Positions 37,598 through 47,083 of a DNA stretch of 54,762 nucleotides are shown piece by piece. This DNA comes from Myxococcota bacterium (GTDB taxonomy: Bacteria > Myxococcota_C > UBA6777), in contig JAKLKB010000063.1 of the NCBI GenBank assembly GCA_023150835.1, forward strand, positions 1 through 54,762. The letters run 5' to 3'. Position numbers and translations under genes: made by a program. Position 1 is the first letter of the stretch; each line of letters begins with the position of its first letter. Under the pieces are notes generated by a model that saw only the letters and a list, made by a program, of their open reading frames with translations, did not search any database and had not been told where the DNA came from.

Positions 37598-39646
37598 ATG
37601 TCCCCGTACGAAACGCCCTCCAACACCCACGCTGTGATCACGCCCGACTGTTCGGGATTACAACAACCACACGATGCTTTTTCAACACAACCCATCCCAC
37701 AAAGCGCACTCACCGACGCTCTGGATCGCGGCCTCGCCTTTTTTGCATCGATCCAAGAAGAGGACGGGAGTTGGTGTGGTGATTATGGCGGTCCAATGTT
37801 CTTGCTTCCGATGTACGTCGCCGCCACCGCCATCTGCAAACGCCCTCCAAGCGAGACCCAACGCGCCGAGATGGTGCGTTATTTCCTCAGTGCGCAAAAT
37901 GCCGATGGTGGCGTGGGGATCCACGCCGAAGCCGACGAAAGCATGATGTTTACGACGGTCCTTTCGTACGTTGCGCTGCGTTTGTTGGATGAGGCCCCTG
38001 ATCGCGAAGAGATGGCCCGTATGCGCCGATGGATCCGCGATCACGGTAGTGCGCTGGCTGCGGCAAGTTGGGCCAAATGGATCTTGTGTGTTCTCCATCT
38101 CTACGAATACGACGGCCTACATCCGATCCTCCCCGAACTGTATCTGCTCCCTGCACAAGCCCCCCTTCATCCCGGACATCTGTGGTGTCACGCACGCCAA
38201 GTTTATCTGCCGATGGCCTACCTCTACGGAACAAGAGCCAAGATACCAGCAGATCCGCGCATTCAGGCCCTACGCAGCGAGATCTACACACAGCCTTACG
38301 AACGCATCCGCTTCGCCAAACACCGCGACACACTTTGCCCGAACGACCGCTCCTACACGTTGTCTCCGTTTGCACATCTCGCCAATGCCGCCATGCACGC
38401 CTTCGAGCGCTTGCACTCCCCCGTGTTGCGCAAACGCGCCCTCGATGAAGTCAAACGCCACATCGACCACGAAGACCGATCCACAAACTTTATCCGCATC
38501 GGCCCCGTCAACGCCGTCCTCAACACCCTTGTTCATTACTTTGATAATCCTCAAGGTGCAGGGCATTTGCGCAGTTGGGAGACGCTGCCGACGTACCTTT
38601 GGCAAGGGCACGACGGCCTCAAGATGAATGGCTATAACTCCTGCAAACTCTGGGACACCGCCTTTGCGGTGCAGGCCATCCAAGCCACTCCCCACGCCGA
38701 AACCTCTACAGCCCAAGCCGCGCTACAACAGGCTTACCGCTACATCAAAAACAATCAAGTCCTCGAAGATGTCCCCGAAAAAGACCGTTATTTCCGTCAC
38801 GCAAGCCGAGGTGGGTGGCCGTTTAGTGATCGCCTTCATGGGTGGCCGATCACCGATTGCACCTCCGAAGGTTTCAAAGCAGCCGTCGCTCTTGAAGCAC
38901 AAGCCACCGATCCGATCTCCGAAGATCTGTTGCGCGACAGCATCCGCTTGATCCTTTCCTTCCAAAATCCAGACGGAGGATGGGCCTCTTATGAACGACA
39001 ACGCACAGGCTCGTGGATCGAGCGTTTCAATCCCTCCCAAGCTTTTCGCGATATCATGGTCGATTATTCTTATACCGAATGCACTTCGGCCTGCCTTCAA
39101 GCCCTCGATACCGCACAACAGCGTTTTCCGGGATTTTTGACAGGGCAGATCGAACGCGCCAAACAGCGCGGACAACAATTCTTGCGCGACAAGCAGCGCG
39201 AAGACGGCAGTTGGGAAGGGTCTTGGGCTGTGTGCTTCACCTATGGAACATGGTTTGGCGTGTGGGGACTGCTCGCCACAGGCATTCCCTCCGATGCACC
39301 CGCCATCCAAAAAGCATGCGCCTTTTTACTCGATCACCAACACCAAGACGGCGGATGGGGCGAACACTATCAAAGCTGCCTTCAACGCCATTATGTCGAT
39401 CACCCAAACGCGCAAGCCGTCCAAACCGCGTGGGCGCTGATGACCCTCTGCAAGGCAGGTCACGCCCAACATCCCGCCGCCCACCGCGCAGCCCGATTCC
39501 TCGTGCAACGCCAACAAGCCGATGGAGACTGGCCTCGCGAAGCAATGGTTGGCGTCTTTAACAAAACCACCCTGATCAATTACGAAAACTATCGGCGCAC
39601 CTTCTGCCTTTGGGCTCTTGGCCTGTACACACAGGCCCACGCATAG
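37598..39646 (+). CDS. osc: 2,3-oxidosqualene cyclase, probable cycloartenol synthase
   Basis: DYGGPMFLLP, LWCHAR, IGPVN, KMNGYN..LWDT, HGWPITDCTSE (OSC DCTxE motif, not the SHC DxDD); several QxxDGxW repeats. Confidence 0.93.
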   Translation: MSPYETPSNTHAVITPDCSGLQQPHDAFSTQPIPQSALTDALDRGLAFFASIQEEDGSWCGDYGGPMFLLPMYVAATAICKRPPSETQRAEMVRYFLSAQNADGGVGIHAEADESMMFTTVLSYVALRLLDEAPDREEMARMRRWIRDHGSALAAASWAKWILCVLHLYEYDGLHPILPELYLLPAQAPLHPGHLWCHARQVYLPMAYLYGTRAKIPADPRIQALRSEIYTQPYERIRFAKHRDTLCPNDRSYTLSPFAHLANAAMHAFERLHSPVLRKRALDEVKRHIDHEDRSTNFIRIGPVNAVLNTLVHYFDNPQGAGHLRSWETLPTYLWQGHDGLKMNGYNSCKLWDTAFAVQAIQATPHAETSTAQAALQQAYRYIKNNQVLEDVPEKDRYFRHASRGGWPFSDRLHGWPITDCTSEGFKAAVALEAQATDPISEDLLRDSIRLILSFQNPDGGWASYERQRTGSWIERFNPSQAFRDIMVDYSYTECTSACLQALDTAQQRFPGFLTGQIERAKQRGQQFLRDKQREDGSWEGSWAVCFTYGTWFGVWGLLATGIPSDAPAIQKACAFLLDHQHQDGGWGEHYQSCLQRHYVDHPNAQAVQTAWALMTLCKAGHAQHPAAHRAARFLVQRQQADGDWPREAMVGVFNKTTLINYENYRRTFCLWALGLYTQAHA

Positions 39647-39660
39647 CCGAACAACCTCCG

Positions 39661-39784
39661 CAACACTCAACGATCCCGCACAACCGAATCGCCTCCGCAA
39701 AACGCAACGCCCCCACCCCAAAAGCCCGCCACGACAAAACGCAACGCCCCCACCCCAAAAGCCCACTTCCACAACACTCAACGA
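39661..39784. repeat. Intergenic nested direct repeats
   Basis: CAAAACGCAACGCCCCCACCCCAAAAGCCC at 39698 and 39735; CAACACTCAACGA at 39661 and 39772. Confidence 0.7.
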
Positions 39785-40260
39785 CCTCGTCCAAAAAGAA
39801 TGTATGCAGCCATCGAGCAGATCCCCAAAAACACCATCGTTCCGTAAGAAAGGTTGGGGTGATTGCCAAACGCGATATCGCGCTGGCTGCCGTAGATTCG
39901 CACCAAAAGCAAGATCACCGTCGGCAACAGAGACAAACACCCTCCCCAAAAAACACCCGCAGCGCGCATCATCACCCGAGACAAGGGCCAAAACAACACC
40001 AGCCCCACCACCGGTTCCAACACAAAGTACCGATAACCCGGATCGACCGCACGAATCCCCACAAAGGGTCGCATCGCAAAGGCCAATACCACCAAAGACA
40101 ACGCAACGATCCAACGCGCTCGCTGGGCCTGTTGTTCAGGATCCAACATAGACTTTGACAACCGATCCGTCGGGATCATCGGATCTTTCGAGAGATGGTG
40201 TCCGTTGGACTTTGAGGGAGACGAGGAACCCGAGCGAGTCGTCTGAGAAGAGGGCTTCAT
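39778..40260 (-). CDS. Hypothetical 4-TM membrane protein
   Basis: Four hydrophobic segments; GGAG upstream of the ATG at 40260. Confidence 0.6.
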   Translation of the reverse strand: MKPSSQTTRSGSSSPSKSNGHHLSKDPMIPTDRLSKSMLDPEQQAQRARWIVALSLVVLAFAMRPFVGIRAVDPGYRYFVLEPVVGLVLFWPLSRVMMRAAGVFWGGCLSLLPTVILLLVRIYGSQRDIAFGNHPNLSYGTMVFLGICSMAAYILFGRGR

Positions 40261-40326
40261 CAAAAACAATTCTCCACATCCGCAAAAGGCATCGCATCCG
40301 CAAGCACAACACACATCGGGTCGCAC

Positions 40327-40355
40327 TTGACACCTTCAAAGAGGTCCGTTAACGT
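40327..40355 (+). promoter_or_regulatory. Candidate sigma70 promoter upstream of the adenylate cyclase gene
   Basis: TTGACA-17 bp-TAACGT. Confidence 0.45.
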
Positions 40356-40560
40356 ATGCCGACCGAGCCAAAGGCTGTGACGCCTACCGCACCCAACAGC
40401 CGCCCCCATCATCGGTGCTGACCCCCGCGCAACCGCGCAAGATAGACAACAACGCTGCGAGAGCGCCCGTTATGTTAGAGTACATCAACGCTCTTGCAAA
40501 GGGCTTGACCTTCTCGTTTGACGCCTGTCCTTTCGAGAGGCTTTGTGGGATTCTCACAGG

Positions 40561-42342
40561 ATGCGACTTACCTGCTTCAGTTGCCATTACCTCTTTGAGG
40601 TAGACCCCGCCCAATGCCCAGAAGGTGTTGTTTATTGTCCGCAATGCTATGCGGCCAATCCCCTCACCCAAGCCTATCTGACCATGACCCTCGAAGACGG
40701 AAGCACCAAGCAGTACCGTCTCGGAACCCACAACACCGTCGGTCGACACCCCAACAACACCATCCAGATCCTCGACCGCATGATCTCCAAAGATCATGCC
40801 CGTATCTCGCTGGAAAACGGCCACTACAAAGTGACGGATCTCGAAAGCCGAAACGGAACCTTCGTCGACGATCAACAAGTCACAGATGCCATCTTGACCG
40901 ATGGCACCGAAGTTCGCTTTGGAACGGTCGCCCTGCGCTTCCACGTCCGCCCGATCTCCGACCTCCACCACACACACCCCGAAGCCATGAACACCATGGC
41001 CGAAAGCACTTTCTTTTTCCGCGAACGCGAAGAGTCCGGACGCCGACAAGTCACCATCATCGCCGATGTCAACGCGGCCCAATCCAACATCTCCAAGATA
41101 TCCCGCGACGTCAACAAAGACTTCCTCCCCGAAAAAGAGATCCTCGACACGGATCAGATCCGCAAAGACTACGAAAAACTCCGCATCGCCCACATGCTCA
41201 ATCGCAAGATCGGCATGGAACTCAATCTCGACAAACTTCTCGATCTGATCCTCGAAGAAACATTTCGCGTTGTACCCGCTGATCGCGGCGTCATCTTCTT
41301 GTTCAACGCGCAAGGCGAAGCCGTCCCCCAATGCGTCAAACGCCGAGGCTCCCGCGACAACGAAGAAAACGACTTTAGCATCTCCAGCACCCTCCTCAAC
41401 ACCGTTGTTCGCGAGCGCGCCGGCGTGATATCTTCCGATGCCAAACTCGACGAACGCTTTGCTCGCGCCGAAAGTATCATCCTCCAAGGTATCCGCTCCG
41501 CCATGTGCGTCCCCTTCATCTCACGCTCTAGCAACGGTATCCTCGGCGTCATGCACCTCGATACACAAAGCGCCGTCGGCGTCTTTACCGAAAAAGATCT
41601 TCAACTCGTCAGCGTCGTCTCTTCGCAAGCGGCCATCGCCATCGAAAACGCCCAACTCACCCGCAAGATCGAAGAAGAAACCTTGATCCGCGCTCACCTC
41701 CAACGCTTTCTCTCCCCCGCCGTCATGGATCGCCTCAACAAAGACCACCTCACCATCCGCATGGGGGGTGAACTCGCCGAAACCACCATCATGTTCACCG
41801 ATATCCGTGGCTTCACCTCCATGAGCGAACGCTACGACGCCGAAGAGCTCGTCGCCGATCTCAACGAATACTTCGAGCTTTTGGTCGATATCATCTTTGC
41901 TCACGAAGGCACTCTCGACAAATTTATCGGCGATGCCATCATGGCCGTCTGGGGAACCCCCCAAAGCAGCCCCGAAGATCCTCGCCGCGCCGTCTTGGCT
42001 GCCCACGAGATCCAAGTCCGACTCAAAGACTTCAACGACTCCCGCATCGCCAATGGCCGACCTCCGCTTCGCACAGGTATCGGCATCAACAGCGGAAAGG
42101 TCGTCGCAGGAAACATGGGCTCCCAAAAACGACTCGAATTCACCGTCATCGGCGACAACGTCAACATCGCCTCCCGACTTTGCAGCCAAGCCGCCGGAGG
42201 CGAAGTGATCATCTCTCACTCCACCTACCAAGCCGTCCGCGAATACTTTTTGTGCGATGAACTCCCTGCTGCCGAAGTCAAAGGCAAGGCCGAAGCCCTC
42301 CAGATCTACCGCGTCGAAGGTGTTCGCGTCCCCGGACTCTAA
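40561..42342 (+). CDS. Zn-ribbon + FHA + GAF + class III adenylate cyclase
   Basis: CFSC...CPQC; VGRH...ISKDHA...SRNGT FHA; GIRSAMCVP GAF; FTDIRGFT, DKFIGDAIM and FTVIGDNVNIASRL (Lys/Thr pair that specifies ATP). Confidence 0.92.
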   Translation: MRLTCFSCHYLFEVDPAQCPEGVVYCPQCYAANPLTQAYLTMTLEDGSTKQYRLGTHNTVGRHPNNTIQILDRMISKDHARISLENGHYKVTDLESRNGTFVDDQQVTDAILTDGTEVRFGTVALRFHVRPISDLHHTHPEAMNTMAESTFFFREREESGRRQVTIIADVNAAQSNISKISRDVNKDFLPEKEILDTDQIRKDYEKLRIAHMLNRKIGMELNLDKLLDLILEETFRVVPADRGVIFLFNAQGEAVPQCVKRRGSRDNEENDFSISSTLLNTVVRERAGVISSDAKLDERFARAESIILQGIRSAMCVPFISRSSNGILGVMHLDTQSAVGVFTEKDLQLVSVVSSQAAIAIENAQLTRKIEEETLIRAHLQRFLSPAVMDRLNKDHLTIRMGGELAETTIMFTDIRGFTSMSERYDAEELVADLNEYFELLVDIIFAHEGTLDKFIGDAIMAVWGTPQSSPEDPRRAVLAAHEIQVRLKDFNDSRIANGRPPLRTGIGINSGKVVAGNMGSQKRLEFTVIGDNVNIASRLCSQAAGGEVIISHSTYQAVREYFLCDELPAAEVKGKAEALQIYRVEGVRVPGL

Positions 42343-42481
42343 CACAACCGCCCCTCTCTTCGACCTTTTGGAGGCTCACGACTCACCCCAAACAACGCTG
42401 CCGCCTGAAACAACACCGCCCCAAACACAACAAGACCTCCAAACCTCCCAACCCACAACACACTTCCACAAGGAGCGCGCA

Positions 42482-43684
42482 TTGAGTGGCTTTCATCCAT
42501 ACGGTCAAGGCGTTCATCTTGCCGAAGACGCCGAAGTCTTTGGCTGTGTCCTTGAATATGTCCACGTCGGACGCGGTTGCAGATTGTTTCACTCCGAGAT
42601 CCGAGGCTGCCCTGAATCCCCCGTGATCCTCGAAGACCACGTCTCGCTCTCTCAATGCTACGTCACCGCAAGCCCCGAAACCTACAAACACGCTTGGGGG
42701 CCTTGGCAGTTTTCCGCACAAGGAACCCGCATCGGCACAGGCAGCCGCTTTGTACAAAGCCAGATCATCAACGCACAGATCGGTCGCCACTGCCAAGGAC
42801 TTCGCTGCTCTGTCCAACGCAGCACACTTGGAGACGAGGTTCAGCTGCGGGTGCATGCGCATGTCACACTTTCCTCCCTTGCCTCCGGCACACACATCGG
42901 CTCCGAGATATCCAAGTCCATCGTCCAAGGCTCAGGCTTCGTTTCCGAACACACCGCCTCTTATCTTTCGCTCGTTGCGCCCTCTGCTTTTCCTGTCCTT
43001 GATGCCCAAGGCCGAGAGCAACTTCTCACCGACCTTCCCAACACCACCAACATCGGCGCTGGAACGGTGTTTGCGAACTACAGCGGCGAACCCCTCCCCG
43101 CTGAAACCCTCGATGCTTCGCCCGGATCACAAAAAGGAACCGCACTGATCTTCGGGGCCTTTACAGCCGTCAATAGCGTGATCGTCAACCGTTACGGAAC
43201 TCCCGACACAAACGCCGATCCCTTCGCGCTTTTACGCGATCGCGATCTCACCATCCTCGGATTTGGCTGCTTTGTCGAAAAAAAGGTGACGGGTCGCATC
43301 CCAGCTTTTTCTTATGCAGGAAGCCCCCATGCCTCAGATATCCGTATCGGATGGGTTCTTGACAAACACCCCGGCATCCTTTTGAACTTGCTCAAAAAGA
43401 TGAAGAAATCTTTACCCTCTCAGGCTCACCGCCTTCAACATCTTGTCGAAGGTACACTGCGCCTTGAGATCCGCTTGCTCGAAGAAGCTCTCCAAACCCC
43501 CCAACGCAGCCCCTTCCACCCAACACAGATCGAAGCGGGCCTCCGATGTTTTCATTCCCATCTTGACGGGCGATGGAAGATCGACGAACAAGGCGATCTC
43601 TGCACCCGTTGGTTCGCCGACGACCTCACCAAACGCTGGACTCCCGCAGCTTCCATAGACCCCACACAAAGGAAAGCTCATTGA
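42482..43684 (+). CDS. Left-handed beta-helix protein distantly related to the GlmU acetyltransferase domain
   Basis: AAGGAG RBS and TTG start; hexapeptide-like repeats; TNIGAGTVFANYSG resembles GlmU VNIGAGTITCNYDG. Confidence 0.6.
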   Translation: MSGFHPYGQGVHLAEDAEVFGCVLEYVHVGRGCRLFHSEIRGCPESPVILEDHVSLSQCYVTASPETYKHAWGPWQFSAQGTRIGTGSRFVQSQIINAQIGRHCQGLRCSVQRSTLGDEVQLRVHAHVTLSSLASGTHIGSEISKSIVQGSGFVSEHTASYLSLVAPSAFPVLDAQGREQLLTDLPNTTNIGAGTVFANYSGEPLPAETLDASPGSQKGTALIFGAFTAVNSVIVNRYGTPDTNADPFALLRDRDLTILGFGCFVEKKVTGRIPAFSYAGSPHASDIRIGWVLDKHPGILLNLLKKMKKSLPSQAHRLQHLVEGTLRLEIRLLEEALQTPQRSPFHPTQIEAGLRCFHSHLDGRWKIDEQGDLCTRWFADDLTKRWTPAASIDPTQRKAH

Positions 43685-44589
43685 ACAGGACGCCTGCCCC
43701 CCTCCCGATCTACAGCATGACTGGCTTTGGCCGCGCAGAACGCCGTGTCGATGACATCCCCTTGATCGTCGAGATCAAAGGCGTCAACCACCGCTACAAC
43801 GATATCAAGATCCGCCTCCCTTCTTTCCTCAACGATTGCGAACACCTCATCCGACAACATCTGCAAAACACCCTCTCTCGCGGCAGAACCGAAGTCTCTA
43901 TCCGCTTTGGTGACAACCCCGAACTGCTCAGCCATCCACGCCTCAACCTTGAACTCGTCCACCACTACCGCCGTCTCTACGCCCAACTCCAAGCCACCCT
44001 CGACAACGACGACCATCCCACACTCTCCGCAGAAAAGCTGTTCCTCTTCCCCGGCATCCTTCTCACAGGACTCGATCCCACAGACTCCGAAGAACTCCGC
44101 TCTCATCTCTTTGAGACCCTCGAATCCGCCCTCCAACCCTTCTTGCAGATGCGCCAAAGCGAAGGCGAGCATCTACGCCTCGATATCCAACAGCGCCTCC
44201 AATCCATCCAAGACGCCCTCCACCAGATCGCCGAGCGCGCCCCCTCCCTACCGATGGAACAGTTTCACAAGCTTCAACAACGCCTACACTCCTTTCCGCT
44301 CACACAACCGATCGAACCCCAACGCATCCACCAAGAGATCGCTCTGTTGGCCGATCGTGCCGATATCTCCGAAGAGATCACACGCCTCCAAAGTCACCTC
44401 ACACAATTCCTCCAACTCCTCGAAACAGGCGGTGTGATCGGCAGACGCCTTGACTTTCTCTGCCAAGAGATGCACCGAGAAGCCACCACCATGGGCGTCA
44501 AAGCCCAAGACGGACCCATCACACACCTGCTTTTGCCCATCAAAGCCGAGATCGAAAAGATCCGCGAACAAGTCCAAAATATCGAATGA
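43681..44589 (+). CDS. yicC: YicC/YloC family endoribonuclease
   Basis: SMTGFGRA, EIKGVNHRY, RGR, DISEEITRL.SH, GRRLDFLCQEMHRE and EKIREQVQNIE motifs. Confidence 0.95.
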   Translation: MNRTPAPLPIYSMTGFGRAERRVDDIPLIVEIKGVNHRYNDIKIRLPSFLNDCEHLIRQHLQNTLSRGRTEVSIRFGDNPELLSHPRLNLELVHHYRRLYAQLQATLDNDDHPTLSAEKLFLFPGILLTGLDPTDSEELRSHLFETLESALQPFLQMRQSEGEHLRLDIQQRLQSIQDALHQIAERAPSLPMEQFHKLQQRLHSFPLTQPIEPQRIHQEIALLADRADISEEITRLQSHLTQFLQLLETGGVIGRRLDFLCQEMHREATTMGVKAQDGPITHLLLPIKAEIEKIREQVQNIE

Positions 44590-45251
44590 CTCGACCCCAA
44601 AAAGGAACCGCACCCATGTCCGCGCCATTTCAAGGAGAAGGTCTGTTGTTGGTGATCGCCGCAAGCTCGGGTACCGGAAAATCCACCCTTTGCCAAGCGC
44701 TTTTGCACACCTCGCCCCGCTACACTCTCTCCGTCTCCTACACCACCCGCCCTCCCCGAAACAACGAACAAGACGGCGTCCACTACCACTTTGTCTCCAA
44801 AGACACCTTCGAGCAGATGATCCAACGCGAAGCTTTTCTCGAATGGGCCTGTGTTCACGACAACTACTATGGGACAGGCCGCAGCGCCACCGAAGACCTT
44901 CTCCGTCAAGGCTACGACGTCCTGCTCGATATCGACGTCCAAGGCGCTCGACAGATCCGCAAGATCTTTGGAAACCAAGCCACGCTGATCTTCTTGCTGC
45001 CCCCCTCTTGGGACGCGATGGTTCAACGCCTTGTCGGGCGCGGCACAGAATCCCAAGAAAAGATCCAACGGCGGCTCCAAACCGCTCGCACCGAACTCCC
45101 TGCTGCCACCGAGTTTGATTACATCGTCGAAAACGACGCTCTCGACGAAGCGGTCCAAACATTCCACTCGATCTGCCGCAGCGAACGCCACACCGCCAAA
45201 CGTATGCACGCTCATCTCCAAGCTTTTCTTCAACGCATCCCTTCCCCCTAA
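44586..45251 (+). CDS. gmk: Guanylate kinase
   Basis: SSGTGKST P-loop, SYTTRPPR..EQDGVHYHF, YYGT, LDIDVQGA and IFLLPPS. Alternative start at 44616. Confidence 0.96.
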   Translation: MTRPQKGTAPMSAPFQGEGLLLVIAASSGTGKSTLCQALLHTSPRYTLSVSYTTRPPRNNEQDGVHYHFVSKDTFEQMIQREAFLEWACVHDNYYGTGRSATEDLLRQGYDVLLDIDVQGARQIRKIFGNQATLIFLLPPSWDAMVQRLVGRGTESQEKIQRRLQTARTELPAATEFDYIVENDALDEAVQTFHSICRSERHTAKRMHAHLQAFLQRIPSP

Positions 45252-45275
45252 ACGACCAACCCAAGGAGCTTTCTC

Positions 45276-46058
45276 ATGTCTGGATTGCAACATCTCCTAA
45301 TCGAAGATCGCGATGGCACCCGCATCATCACCCTCAACCGCCCCCAAGCCCTCAACGCCCTCAACAAAGACGTCTTGATCGAACTCGACCAAGCCCTCAA
45401 CCACACCATGATGGACAACAATATCGGTGTCGTGATCCTCACTGGTGCGGGAGATCGAGCCTTTGTCGCAGGTGCCGATATCAAGTCCATGCAAGACTTT
45501 AACACCGCTGACGCTTACGCCTTCGCAAGCATCGGACACAGCGTCTTTATGCGGCTCGAAGCCATGCCCCAACCTGTGATCGCTGCCGTCAATGGCGTCG
45601 CTTTTGGCGGTGGCACCGAACTCGCGCTCGCTTGTGACTTTATTTATGCCTCCTCCAAAGCCCGCTTTGGACTCCCCGAAGTCAAACTCGGCCTGATGCC
45701 CGGCTTTGGCGGAACCCAACGCCTGATGCGCAAGATCCCCCAAGGCATGGCCCGCGAACTCATCTACACCGGCGAACCCATCTCCGCCGAAGAAGCCCTT
45801 CGCCTCGGACTCGTCAACAAGATCACCGAACCCGACGCACTCCTCGATGCTTGCCTTGCGACCGCCCAAAAGATCCTCGCACGCAGCCATATCGCCGTCG
45901 CCTCCGCAAAAAAAACCATGCTGCATGGCGCAGAAGTCAGCCTCCCTCACGGATGTACCGCAGAGATCAGCACCTTCGCCATGCTGTTTTCGAGCGATCA
46001 CCCCCGCGAAGGCGTCTCCGCTTTCCTCGAAAAGCGCGACCCCCAATTCAAAAAATAG
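45276..46058 (+). CDS. Enoyl-CoA hydratase/crotonase
   Basis: LNRPQALNALN, AFVAGADI, AVNGVAFGGGTELALACD and PEVKLGLMPGFGGTQRL motifs. Confidence 0.95.
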   Translation: MSGLQHLLIEDRDGTRIITLNRPQALNALNKDVLIELDQALNHTMMDNNIGVVILTGAGDRAFVAGADIKSMQDFNTADAYAFASIGHSVFMRLEAMPQPVIAAVNGVAFGGGTELALACDFIYASSKARFGLPEVKLGLMPGFGGTQRLMRKIPQGMARELIYTGEPISAEEALRLGLVNKITEPDALLDACLATAQKILARSHIAVASAKKTMLHGAEVSLPHGCTAEISTFAMLFSSDHPREGVSAFLEKRDPQFKK

Positions 46059-46154
46059 TCCCTGCCACCCCCTCCCTCTCATCACACAGCCTCTCAATCG
46101 CCCTGACGACACACCTCAACATCCCCATCCATCAGACAAATCGCTCATGCCTCA

Positions 46155-46895
46155 ATGAAAGGAAACCAGATGACCACTCCCGACACACCACCCAAAACCT
46201 TGATCATCGTCCCCACCTACAACGAGCGCGAAAACCTCCCGCGCTTGCTTGATTCCATCCATCGCGCAGCCGAACACGCCCATGTCCTCGTCGTCGACGA
46301 CAACTCTCCCGACGGCACAGGCGATCTCGCCGAACAACGTGCTCAACACGATGATCGCGTCTTCGTTCTCCGACGCCCCGGAAAACTCGGCCTTGGCACC
46401 GCTTACCTCGACGGCTTTCGCTACGGACTCGATCGCGACTACCTGATCTTCCAACAAATGGATTGCGACTTCTCCCACGATCCAAACGATCTCCCCCGTT
46501 TCTTTTCCGCTCTTCAAGACGCTGATCTCGTCCTCGGTTCCCGCTACGTCGACGGCGGCGGCACACGCAATTGGCCGATACGCCGCAAGATCCTCAGCCG
46601 TGGCGGTAGCCTCTACGCCCGCACCATCCTCGGCCTCCCTATCCGCGATCTCACAGGCGGTTTCAAGTGCTTCCGCCGCGAAGTCCTCGAATCCATCGAT
46701 CTTGATAACGTCCGATCCGAAGGCTACTCCTTCCAGATCGAGATGACTTGGCGCACCCTCCAAAAAGGCTTTCGCGTCAAGGAGATCCCTATCCTTTTCG
46801 TCGACCGCGAACTCGGACAATCCAAAATGAACCCCGCCATCTTTCGCGAAGCCGTCCTCATGTGCTGGAAACTCCGCCTCGGCCTCGTCAAATAA
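46155..46895 (+). CDS. Polyprenol monophosphomannose synthase-like GT2 glycosyltransferase
   Basis: IVPTYNEREN, VDDNSPDGT, KLGLGTAY, MDCDFSHDP, DLTGGFK and GYSFQIE motifs. Start may be 46170. Confidence 0.92.
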   Translation: MKGNQMTTPDTPPKTLIIVPTYNERENLPRLLDSIHRAAEHAHVLVVDDNSPDGTGDLAEQRAQHDDRVFVLRRPGKLGLGTAYLDGFRYGLDRDYLIFQQMDCDFSHDPNDLPRFFSALQDADLVLGSRYVDGGGTRNWPIRRKILSRGGSLYARTILGLPIRDLTGGFKCFRREVLESIDLDNVRSEGYSFQIEMTWRTLQKGFRVKEIPILFVDRELGQSKMNPAIFREAVLMCWKLRLGLVK

Positions 46896-47083
46896 CCTCC
46901 CTCTTCCTTGTTGCAAAAAAAGTTGCATCGCTTTTTTTCCACCGCCGTCAAAGCCAGCGACGCAAAGAGAAATGCCCGATAGATAGGTCATTTCATTCGA
47001 CAAGAAGCCCACTCAAGGCTGCTTCCCTTACAACATCGGCCTCTCTAAACACGGGTGCCGAACCACAACAAGGAGTGCTCGCC

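Noticed and set aside
37598-39646. Squalene-hopene cyclase call
   Set aside because: It lacks DxDD and has DCTSE and other OSC-specific motifs.
40384-46112. Long antisense ORFs opposite the cyclase, yicC, gmk and crotonase genes
   Set aside because: They are expected shadows of strongly C-ending codon usage and have no domain motifs.
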